From the NCBI RefSeq assembly GCF_006345805.1, contig NC_043008.1, positions 33,666,001-33,730,000 on the forward strand: DNA of 64,000 nucleotides, given 5' to 3'. The first letter of the stretch is position 1; each line of letters opens with the position of its first letter. A program made the position numbers and the translations under genes. Below, in pieces: positions 49,680 through 61,114 of this stretch. The notes below the pieces were generated by a model, which worked only from the letters and a program-made list of their open reading frames with translations, searched no databases and was not told the DNA's origin. Source of the stretch: Octopus sinensis (lineage: Eukaryota).

Positions 49680-50860
49680 AGTAAGTTAGGAGTTAAGGGT
49701 GCAACCCACTAAGGGATAATGGAATTATTCTATGATACTATATTAATTTGTTGGATAAAAATACAAATTTAAGTATAATTTTAACTTCAACTTTGATGAA
49801 AAGAAAAAAATCCTCATATTGATATTGGTGTATATTCGTGCATATATAAATACATGTACATGTTGCTTCTATTTGTTACCCACACGCATGAACCTGTATA
49901 TATTAAGAAGAACTTTATACTAAAAGCCATGGTCTAACTGTATATTTTTTATATATTTATATACATATATATATTTGTTTGTATGGATTGTAAATTGTTT
50001 ATCTTGTATCGTAATATTTGTTATATATTAGAATCTATTATATGTATTGTCAAGTGACGATTACTATAAATTTAATAATATTGTTATCATTGATAAATAT
50101 AATAATAATAATAATAATAATATTGTTAATAATTGATTATTGTTTATGTAGTCATGAGCATAGACGTGTTTATATGTTCCAGTATATATGTATATATATG
50201 TATATGATGAATGGTCTATTTACTTGGACCTATAGTTTAATTGTGTTTATTTATGTATTTTTACACATGTAAAAGTATATATACTCTGCTTATGTATGTA
50301 TATATGTTTATGTATAAGTCTATATGGATATTTGTTCATATTTTTTATATATATTAATTATACGTCTATCCTGTTTCATGTATTAAAATTTTTGGAGTTC
50401 TTTATAATCGCTGACGAGGCCTATGGTTATATATATAAGTACCCTATTCTTAAATGCCTACAACCTCAATATAATTGACAACTATAGGCAATAAAAAATA
50501 CTTTTAACCATATGCTGAAACAGCTGTAAGGAATGATTTTAATGATTTCAATAATTTATATTATGATTTTTATAATTTGCATTCTTATCTTATATGTATT
50601 GAATTATAAGGTATATATGTATGCTCTTAAGGTTCTCATTTTTTTAAATGAATAAATAATTCAACATTCTAATATCTGAAAGTTGATGAACAAACTAAAT
50701 TGTTTCTCATTTTTCTTTACCTTTGCCCATATAATACGGTGAATGAAGTAATTGCATCACAATTCTTAACATTTATGTATTAGCTTTGTTGGGTGCTTTA
50801 CTAGCAGTATATTGGATACATGTTATCCCATGGTGGGTTGCACTCACAACCCCTATCTCA
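49680..50860 (+). mobile_element. Non-autonomous Penelope-like element with inverted ends
   Basis: ggtgcaacccactaagggataa (~49699) has an inverted counterpart at ~50820-50845. 50411-50730 is homologous to the right arm of the 40651-41193 palindrome. Confidence 0.65.
50411..50528 (+). ncRNA. Type I hammerhead core with long loop II (stem I degenerate)
   Basis: CTGACGA-GGCCTATGGTT-(~77 nt)-AACCATATGCT-GAAAC-AGCT-GT-A. Stem II 10/11 paired, palindromic ACAGCUGU stem III. Confidence 0.7.
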
Positions 50861-50868
50861 TTTGTAAT

Positions 50869-50945
<77 letters not shown>

Positions 50946-50961
50946 ACATACACACACACAT

Positions 50962-51195
50962 ACTCTTTTACTCTTTTATTTGTTTCAGTCATCTAACTGC
51001 AGTCTTATTGGAGCACCGATTTTTAGTTGAATAAATTGACCCAAGGACTTATTCTTTGTAAGCTCTATGGGTCCCTTTTGCTGAAACATTAAGTTATGGG
51101 GATGTAAACTCACCAACACACCAACATCGGTTGTCAAGCAATGGTAGTGTGGACAAACACAGACACAAATGCATACATACATATACATATATATA

Positions 51196-51232
<37 letters not shown>

Positions 51233-51385
51233 GATGAGCTTCTTTCAGTTTCTGTCAACGAAATCCACTCACAAACTTTGGTCGGCTTGAGGCTATAGTA
51301 GACGACACATGTCCAAGTTTCCATGCAGTGGCACTGAACCCAGAACCATGTGGTTGGGAAGCAAGCTTCTTACCACACACCCACA
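50962..51385 (-). mobile_element. SINE family A
   Basis: Full-length reverse-complement copy. Confidence 0.85.
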
Positions 51386-51559
51386 TCATCATCATCATCA
51401 TCATCATTTAATGTCCATTGTCCATGCTGTCATGAATTGGACAGTTTGACCAAGGCTTTTATTCTGATAGGCTGCACCAATCTTCTGTCTGATTTGGCAT
51501 GGCTTCAATGGCTGGATGCCCTTCCTAATGCCAACCACTCCAATATATATATATATGTT

Positions 51560-52850
51560 GTTGGGAGAGGAAAAGTCATTCCTGCATCGGCTAGTGAGAA
51601 CAACAGATACTGTTTGATCTTGGGATGACTTTTTCTCTCCCTCCTATATATAGTGTTTTTAAACAGTACGTCCATAAGAGATTTTTTCTTGAATAAAACC
51701 TGCAGCAACTGGCTTATCAATGGTGTATATATATTAAGTATGATAAATTGATGGTTGTGTGTGTGAAGTTTGAAACTAAACAACACCGTTTGTTTTAAAT
51801 TTCAAGAAAGTGAAGTAGCTAATACTTTCAAAGCCAAATAAATATGATTATTTACTTCTTATGTCAAACAAAATATATTTCTCTACAAAAGATAAAGAAC
51901 TGAAATTTTCCAACACTAAAAAGTTGTTTTTTTCTTTTTCTTAATTTTTTTAAAAATAATTAATGAAATTACTTTAATGCCCGAATTACTGAAGGCTACT
52001 TAAAATAAAAAGAGATGAGTAAAAAAAAAGTGAGAGGAGGAACAGGAAAATCTATATTTAAACTGACAAGTCTAATATTAGACAGTTTTCAGTTGTTGCA
52101 TTCTTATTGGTGTTGTCTTAATTCAGACTACTGAAATTTATTTGAATAATCGAGTATGTTTGTTAATAACTTTGTCACCTTTTAAATAAATTAAGGAGTG
52201 TCATATGAAATGCACAAGTGGCTTTTAACATATGATTATTTCATTTGTTTTATATTTTAGTTTTTTAATAATAACTTTGTCCAACTGTCCAATCCCAGAT
52301 TCCCTCACATCCTGATGGTGAGAATAACCAAGGAAGTGTGTAACATGGCACCAAACAAATATAAACACAAAGCCTTGTTGACAAGCACCAGCTGTTTTAG
52401 CTGATAAACTTCAGTGAAAGATACACACACACACAAACAGTCACACACAAACACACATGCATGTACATGCCCCCCCCCCCGCCCCCGCCAAACGGTAGTG
52501 GAAAAGTCATTCCAGCAGTGGCTAGTGAGAACACTGGATGCTGTTTGAACTTCTTGGAATGATTTTTCATCTCCCTCCAACATAATGTTTTTAAACAGCA
52601 TCTCCATAAGAGATGTCTTTCTTGAATAAAAACGGCAGCAGTTGGCCTATCAGCTGTGTATATACATTATAGATGATAAATTGATGGTTATGTGTGAAGT
52701 ACTTTACAGTGCAAATAAATATGATTATTCACTTCAAATGTCAAAAGAAACATATTTCTATACGAAAGACAAAGAACTGAAACAGCAAATACCCCAACAC
52801 TAATGAGTTCTTGTTATTTTCTTAATCTTTTCTTTTTTATAATTAGAGAA
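51560..52850. repeat. Old local duplication (51560-51960 vs 52495-52850)
   Basis: Colinear blocks ggaaaagtcattcc..gctagtgagaaca, tttttaaacag..tccataagagat..cttgaataaaa, gataaattgatggtt and aaataaatatgattatt..aaagaactgaaa. Confidence 0.8.
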
Positions 52851-53645
52851 ATGGATCTTTTCAATCTGACCAACAGATTTTTTAATGAATTCTTTTGTAA
52901 CTAAACACTTTGAAACTTCAGATACTGGTAGAATGTGTCACACTGAACAGAGTTTACTCTTAATGTTTTTGACAAAATTTTGTATTTTAGAAGTTACTTT
53001 GTGTTAAAGTTGTTGTATTTGGGTGATTTTAACCAATCAATGGCATGTATTCAGCTGAAGAAAATTACTGCTGCTTTTTGCGAACAACAACTTCCATGTC
53101 CACTCCCCTAACAAAACCTTTCTTTAATAACCAGAGATGTTTTTATAGCAACATAGGTTTGCTGTATCAGGGTTGATTTGAGGCTAAATAACAATAAAAT
53201 TATTACTGAGACAGACCAACTATGGAGCCTGTATGTGGTTGCATGACCTGCTAGAAAAAATAGCCAAGCTTTTATATATACAGAATAAAATAAACCTCTA
53301 TCCTGTGATAAACACATAGAGTCCACTATGTCTGGGTAGAAAGATGGAATGGTCACAGTTGAGACATCTTTGATCCAATCTGATGGAACAGATATAATCA
53401 AAGACGTCCCAACTGTGACCATTACAACATATATAGGACAGCTATTCCAATAAAATTCCTTTTCTCCATCAGATGACAACATATGAGTTTTGGTCTTCTC
53501 ATAGGTCTTCACAATAGCAAGAACAATTCTTCTGAAATGCCATATGCCAATAATTCTAAAGCTGAAAATGAAATGATTTGAGGTGTTGAGAGATGTAATT
53601 TTATAATTAAAACTAAATTCAAAATTTAAATTTTGGAACATATTA

Positions 53646-54667
53646 TCAGGTTCAGTAAAAAGTAAGCAACATTATGAACCATGAAGAATTTGTACTGGAT
53701 TTTTGCAGAGTTTTGAATTTTTTAAAAACATTCTTTGTAATTGTCTGATAACACAGACATAGACTTGCCTGGACACCCATCTGTCATCGATGACGATCAA
53801 CTAAAGACCATCATTGAGAAAGATCCACATGAAACCACTCGAGAACTGGCAAATGAACTTCAAGTTACCCAGAAAACTGCCTGCAACCATTTGTATGTGA
53901 TTGGAAAATCAAAAAGTCTTGACAAATGCTTACCACATGATTTGAATGGAAATCAAAAAATGTGCAGATATGAAATTTGCTTGCTGCTTCTCTGTAACCA
54001 GACCAATCCATTTCTTGACCAAATTGTAACTTGCAATGAAAATTGGATTCTGTACAATAATAAAAAACGTTCTTTGCAGTAGTTGGACCAACACGAAGCA
54101 CCGAAAACCTTCTCAAACCCAAGCTCTTCAAAAAGAAGGTTATGGTGACCGTTTGGTGGTGTACTGCTGACACATCCACTATAACTTCTTTAAACCTAGA
54201 AAAACCATTACTGCAGAGACATATTGCCATGAAATTGCCAAAATGAACGAAAAACTGCCACTCCTCCAGCCCAGAAGAAGGTCAATCGTCTTTCACGACA
54301 ATGCTTAACTGCACGTTTCACTAATGATACTCCAGAAGTTGTAAGAACTTGGCTACGAAGTTCTTCCCCACCCAGCTTATTCTCCACACTTTCCTCCTGC
54401 TGACTACCACTTTTTCAAGCACCTTGATTGTGTCCTATGAGAGAAGGAGTTCAAAAATCAAACAAATGCTGAAAGTGAATCCAAAGAGTTTATCAGCTCC
54501 AGAATTCCAGATTTTTATGTTAGTGGAACAAACAAACTTGTAACTTGTTGGCAAAATTATGCTGACTGTAATGGTACTTACTTTGATGAATAAAATTCCT
54601 GCATTGTTGAAATATATTGTGATGAATTTCATGTTTCAAAACGTTGCTTACTTTTTACTCAGCCTGA
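53646..54667 (+). mobile_element. Mariner element with pseudogenised transposase
   Basis: ~35-bp TIRs tcagg.t.agtaaaaagtaagcaac and TA flanks (53644-45, 54668-69). ORF 53741..54082 (LPHDL..FLDQIVTCNENWILYNN), with downstream FHDNA and HPAYSP..PADYHFF remnants. Confidence 0.93.
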
Positions 54668-55284
54668 TACATACTTGCTCTTTCATAAGATAAGACCAGT
54701 TTTCAATGCCTCACTAAAATAAGGAAGTTTACAATGGCAATATGTGTGTGTGTGTGTTTAATGGCCAGTGGTCAATCATGCACTGAAAGAAAGAATTTGA
54801 ATTAGAGACAACAAGTAACTTCTTTCTATCAATCGCTTTATCTGCCTTTATATACATCCAAACTCTCTCTCTCTCTCTCTTTCACACTCACACACATACA
54901 CACACACTCACACATGCACAGATGCATACATTTTTTGGAGTGTTTTGTTGTTTTCTGTCAATGTTCCAAAAGGAACTGCTATCTATTTCCCATGGAAATC
55001 ATGGCTGCTTTGGGAATAGGTAGTAAAGTGTTTTTAATTGAATGAATGGATGTCACTAATGTAGTTAAAACTATGGTTATTTGTAAAAAAAAAAGATCTA
55101 TTACATTTTCTAAGTTATGTTTGTTTATTGAAAGAGAACCTCTGTGTGTAAGGTTGCTGAAAGGTGGGTGATCCCTGTATTGAATGCTACATACCCTCCA
55201 TAGCAGGAGAGCCCTATATCTAGTGGATGTTCAGGGCAGTTGCCCTCTACGACCCCCTATAAATCCAGCCCTGCCATTAATTCT

Positions 55285-55743
55285 GATGTGTACTTTTGTC
55301 AGCTAGCTAATTTGAACCAAAAAATCAAAGAATTGAGGCTGCAAATTGTCAACAGGAAAGGAGTAATGTTCCAACAAGACAATGCATGACCACATATGTC
55401 TTTAGTTACCCAAACAAACTTACATAAATTTGGCTGAGATCTCTTACCCAATCCACCATATTCTCCTGACATTGTGTCATCCACCTACCATTTTTTTGTC
55501 TCTACAGAACTCATTGCAAGAAAAAGCATTTGACGATTTAGATGAAGTCAGAATGCATCTAGATAACTTTGTATCCAAAACTGGTCAAATTTTATGCTGA
55601 TGGAATATTTAAATTACCTGATAGATGGGCAAAGGTCATTAATAATAATGGAAATTATTTCATTTAATAGAATTTATTGAAAGGTCAATTTTATATCCCC
55701 TTTCACATATTAAAAAATGCTCAGAACTTATGGGACAACCTTA
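55285..55743 (+). mobile_element. Mariner 3' fragment
   Basis: FQQDNA*PH and PPYSPDIVSSTY remnants, plus 3' TIR aacttatgggacaacc. Confidence 0.8.
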
Positions 55744-56065
55744 ATATAAAATAATATGAAATGCTGGCGGTTGAGTTGGGTTCAGGCTGCATATAATGAA
55801 TGCACAACACTCATGAACAATTAACATAATTTTATTTCACCGCATATTTCCATTGTAGGTCCTGAATTAAAAAATGCAACAACAAAATTTACACGCTGGT
55901 AGAACAATTCTGTAGTTATTACAAATAGTTGATTAGAACGCACTGTAATTAAGCGGCTAGGACAGGACAAAATATACAGACTGAGTTTAAGTTAGTGAAC
56001 TATAGCTCTGCAGTCATGAGAATGATTGTTAAAAGCAGAAAAATGTCAGAAAGGTTTGCTTAACT

Positions 56066-56280
56066 TAAGGCAGTGAGCTGGCAGAAAAGTTAGCACACCA
56101 GGCAAAATACTTAGTGGTATTTCACCTGCCTTTATGTTCTGAGTTCAAATTCCGTTCAGGTCGACTTTGCCTTTCATCATTTTGGGGTTGATAAATTAAG
56201 TTGCATACTGGGATCAATTTAATCAACTGGCCCCCTCCCCCAAAATTTCAGGCCTTGTGCCTAGAGCAGCAAAGAATATT
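56066..56280 (+). mobile_element. SINE family B
   Basis: Family B consensus. Confidence 0.85.
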
Positions 56281-56574
56281 GTTTGCTTAGCTTCAGGCAG
56301 CCACTAGCTGAAAGTTTGGTGCTCAAAACGTGCCTGTATATAAGCTTTGTAAAAGCGATGTTCTAGCAGCTTCTAGAAAGATACATCACATGATGTCTTG
56401 TTGCTGATTGTTCCATAACTTGGCTGATCACATGAAAAAGCTGTTGCTAAGCTGGGACTTTAACTTGGCAATTTGGTCATTTGGTTTCAAATCTTGCTAC
56501 ACATTTAACCTCTGTTAAAGTTTTTGTGTTTAACTTAAAACAAAATGAGCTGTCCTTAATAACATCTTTTCCAA

Positions 56575-56880
56575 TCAGTTTGTTCCTTCTCGAGCCATTC
56601 CTGACTCATAATGGCCGGTTTCCCAGTTTCCTTGGCGTATAGTTTCCCCACCTGAACGGGACGCCGGTCCGTCGCAGGTGAGCTGCAAGACGCAGGAGGA
56701 AAGAGTGAGAGAAAGTTGTGGCGAAAGAGTCAGCAGAAGTTCGCCATTACTGTCTGCCAGAACCGTATGGAGCTTAGGTGTTTCGCTCATAAACACACAT
56801 ATCGCCTGGTCTGAGATTCGAACCCGCTATCCCTCAACCGTGAGTTCGCTGCTGTAACCACTAGGCCATGTGCCTCCACT
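56575..56880 (-). mobile_element. tRNA-derived SINE, family C
   Basis: Minus-strand head gtggaggcacatggcctagtggtt..gcgggttcgaatctc with Pol III A and B boxes. Confidence 0.8.
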
Positions 56881-56899
56881 CTCCAAGTAGTCCGAAAGT

Positions 56900-57700
56900 G
56901 TAAATGCTATCTACTACAATAAAGCAACAAGATTCCTCTGTACCAATGAGTTCAAATTTTACAAGGATTGATCCAACCCCCTTTAGATCTGAACCATCAA
57001 AAGTGGTTAAGTGTTTATAACATGATTTGACTGAAAGGTTAAATTGTGAAGTGAATGAAAACTATCAAACAAACTACTCCAGTATCCACCCTCATATTGT
57101 CACCGTTCATGGCTGGATGACTTGATGAGTTGGTGAATAATGATACCAATCATGTGAAACTATGGTGGTTCACTCGTGATATCTAATCACGTATCCAGTG
57201 ATTCAGTTTTGAATGATTACCAAAATACCAATGTCTCTGTCATTTACAAAATCAAGGTTATCTACCTGCTCACATTTAGCATTTGATTAAAACCAACTTT
57301 AAAACCAGCCTTACTTGGAAACCCATTTACGTTATACACGTTACACACAAATTTAGATTGGCAAAATCTTGCAAAACGCCCTACTTTCCGACATTTGTGA
57401 CATCTTTTCCCATATGCTGGATATTCATGCATTTTATGTGTCCCCCAGACAATTCCGATATTTCACTATACTAACGATATTACGACTGCTGCTGCTAGCA
57501 ATATTTTTGTTAACATTAAAGTTAGTTGTTGTTACTAATGTAAGCTATGAACTGCTTGCAAATAGTGTTTCTGATTCTATAGTGGATGTAAGAGCAGCTA
57601 TTTCAGTATATTTAAATTTAGAATGATGTCGTAATTGATCTAAATATTTCAGCTTTACCTCTGTTCATGATAAGCCAACAATAAAAATGAGTTTTATGAA
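56900..57700 (-). mobile_element. Degenerate Gypsy gag-protease fragment
   Basis: Minus strand: PAYGKRCHKCRKVGRFARFC (gag zinc knuckle, ~57355-57420) and MRVDTG..FDGSDLKGVGSI..FIVVD..GLLG (retropepsin). Confidence 0.65.
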
Positions 57701-58837
57701 TTCCTCTTCTGTGTTTTCTCTCATCCTATTCAGATGATAGAAGGAGACTTGAGAATTAATCCTAAGTAGAAAGACATTGATTTACTTACTCTTACAGTTT
57801 GAGTCTGACCACAATTAACAATCTCTCCTTCAGAGAGAGTGAGAATAATGCAAATGTGCATATTTTCTTTCTCTCTCTGACATCAACACTAATTCTGCCA
57901 GTTTTGAGTCCTGTACATGCCTTTATGGAGGTAATCACAAGTGTATAGCAGTTACTCATACATGTATAAAGTAGATTATCACTCAAGAGACATTTAGAAT
58001 TTCATAACTGTTTTGGAATGTTGTAAAGAAGATGGTATATAAAATTGCTACTAGTACTTGGCTTATTTCAGTTCCTGGACCAGGTCATGCTCTTAGCGAA
58101 ACACTTCAGTTGTCAAAAATGAGTAATCTTGCAACAGACCAATGTGTCATCTAGGGAAAAAATATGTCCCAGAATCCAGGAAACTGGCATTGTGAACTTG
58201 TGGCTTGGAAAGATCTTTCATACTTATCATTTTTTTGTTTTTGGATAGTGTGGATGCTGAATCTAGTATCTTTGGGCCATGGGAACATTTTGAACTTGTC
58301 CCTTAAGTTTCAAACATAATGTGGGAAAAGGCAATGTTGGTTCCATGTTCCATCAATGAATTTGAAAGAGTATATGTGTTGTTTGAATCTGCTCTTAAAT
58401 GTTTATTGCAGATGAGAAAGCAAGATACTTAACATGAAAGCAGAAAACCTTTAAGAATTTGCAGTGGTCTATGTAGCTAAATAATTGAATAATCTCCCTT
58501 GCATAGATGTTTCTAGAAGGATCTATGTCATGAGACGTGATTCATAATAATTCAAGAAGCTTAGCGTTTCTCTTGGCAGTTTCAAGAATGTCTTGTGTTC
58601 CATTAATAAAAACAGCTCGCAAACCCTGCTCTTCGTTTCTTAGTCGATTAGACTTAGAATCATTCACATCATTGCCATGTCCATCTATTTCTCTATGTCA
58701 CATGACTGAAAACCACCACTTAGATGTTATTTCTACATTTTCTATCTCTGAACTTTCTTGCATAGATTACTTTATTCAATTAGATTCTACATTTTGATTA
58801 TGTATCACCATCGACCAGTAAATAAAATATATTTTTA

Positions 58838-61080
58838 TGTAGTAAATATATAGTTCTTGAATTTATTCTTCGTCTCTAAATGAACTCATGTAATAATATA
58901 TACACGCAGCTATATCACCACCTGGTACTGAATATATATCTCCACTACATAAATTGGTGATCCCAGCGTATCATTATAAGTTTGGTTCTGCAGCTAGGAA
59001 ATGTATTTCACTTTGTACATTTAAAACACAGGAAAACTAAAAAGCTGAACTCTAAGTGTGACTGCAGCTCCTGGCACATTATCTCCTAGTCACGCATTTC
59101 TCATACTAAATTTCAAGTCTAAGAAAGAATTTCTAGTCGATTCTGGAGTGTCCTGCAGTATATGACCATCTAAATTTGTTAATGAAAATCTTGTCGCTTC
59201 TGACATATCTCTTCAATCAGTCAACAGCTCTCCTGTTAAAACTTTCGGTGAGATTTCACTCACACTGGACTTGAATCTCAGATGAAGTTTCCAGTGGGTT
59301 TCATCATTGCTGACCTTCTTCATCCAATCTTATGAGCTGATTTTTCTCCACCCATTTTTCATTATTAGAAGATGTCAAAAAAAAAAAGAGACTTATTGAT
59401 AGCAGTACCCAGTTACACACTTTAGGAATATATTTCAATTCCACTTCTATCAGCCCACTATTTTTTATTGCAGATCGACCAAATATCAAACTTTGTTTCA
59501 ATCCTTTCCTGAATTAACAAATTTAACTTCCAATGTCAATGCTTCAACACATACAACTATTCATCATATAACCACCAATTGATCTCCCGTTTTCTCATGT
59601 CCTAGACGTTTACCACCTGAAAAACTCAAAGCTGCTAAAGCAGAGTTCAGCCACATGCTCCAGCTTCGTATAATTCGTCCCTCAAAGAGTAACTGGTCAT
59701 CACCACTCCATTTAGTGAAAAAGAAATCTGGTGATTTTAGATCTACTGGTCACTATAGACGACTCAACACTATTACCATTCCAGATAGGTATCCTATAAC
59801 ACGTTTTCAAGATTTTGCATCTTCTCTGCATGGTTGCTCTATTTTCTCGAAAATAGATTTGATACGAACATACCATCAGATTCCTGTAATCCCAAATGAT
59901 ATTCCGAAAATGGCTATTGCAACTCAATTTGGGTCATTTGAACTTCTTACCATGTTCTTTGGGTTAAGGAACACCGCCAGTACTTTTCTGTGTTTCAATG
60001 ATGAAGTAATATGTGGATTAGATTTTGTCTGCACCTATATTGACGATCTTCTCATTGATAGTTCTTCCAAGAAAGAACATGAGATTCATTTGAAGCAACT
60101 TTTTGAACGGTTTTCTCAATAAAAAATTTGTATCAACAGTACCAAATGTATTATCAGTGTGCCTTCTCTCACTTTCCTTGGACACACCATTGATAAGGAT
60201 GGAATAGGGCCTTTGCCAGAAAAGGTGGAGGCAATCGTACAAATTCCAGTTCCTGTTTCATTAAGATAGCTCAAACAATTTCCTGGATTAGCTAATTTCT
60301 ATCGACATTTTATACTTCGTTGTGCTGAAATTTTTTACCCTCTCAGCAATTTACGGCAACACCACAAGAAGAGAACAGAAAAGATCACTTTAACCTCTGC
60401 TAAAATACAAGCTTTTGATGATGCTAAACAGAAACAAGCTCGCATCTCCAAGTTTGCTTGCCCCATTCCTGATGCTGAAATTTCTCTTGTAGTTGACACA
60501 TGAGAAATTGGCATCAGCGCAGTCATTCAACAACTTCACCATGGCGAATGTCAACCTCTGGCGATTTTCTCTAAGCCTTTAAAACCAGATGAAACTAAAT
60601 ATAACGCACTCAGTCGTGAACTGTTTGCTATTTACCTCTCAGTTAAGCACTTCCAACACATTTTGGAAAGGAGAAACTTCACAATATTTATGGACCATAA
60701 GCCGTTATCATTCACTTTACACTGCAAGTCAGATAAGTTGTCTCCGAAAGACATTCTGCATTTGGATTAAATTTCACGATTCATGAGTGATATATGATAT
60801 ATTCCAGTTTCTGAGAACATTGTTGCAGATTCTTTATCCTGTTTACCTGTAAACACGTTATTGTCAACTGCAGAAATTAATTTGGATGAAATGTAGGAAG
60901 ATCAACCAGGCGTTGATTTGAATAATATATACAACAACCAGAACTAATTCCTTTCGACCTCCAACATTTCCCAGTTGTGACATCAAACAAACAAATCCTT
61001 TATGATTTTTCTTCTGGTAAACCCCACACTTTAGTTCTTCATATTGATTCACCATACTCTTCATTAGAATTAGTTTACCA
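58838..61080 (+). mobile_element. 3'-truncated Gypsy (CsRN1-like) LTR retrotransposon
   Basis: 112-bp putative LTR TGTAGT..ACTACA (58838-58949), PBS-like tggtgatcccagcg (58955-58968), FLVDSG protease (~59130), RT ORF 59655..60122 (IIRPSKSNWSSPL..SKIDL..YHQIP..YIDDLL) and RNase H remnants (SRELFAIY..DHKPL). Confidence 0.9.
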
Positions 61081-61114
61081 AACCAATGAAAGAACTAACA
61101 AGCAAGCTGATCCC

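Noticed and set aside
2854-56880. tRNA-like A/B boxes in several places
   Set aside because: They are SINE heads followed by SINE bodies, with no complete cloverleaf, so no tRNA gene is called.
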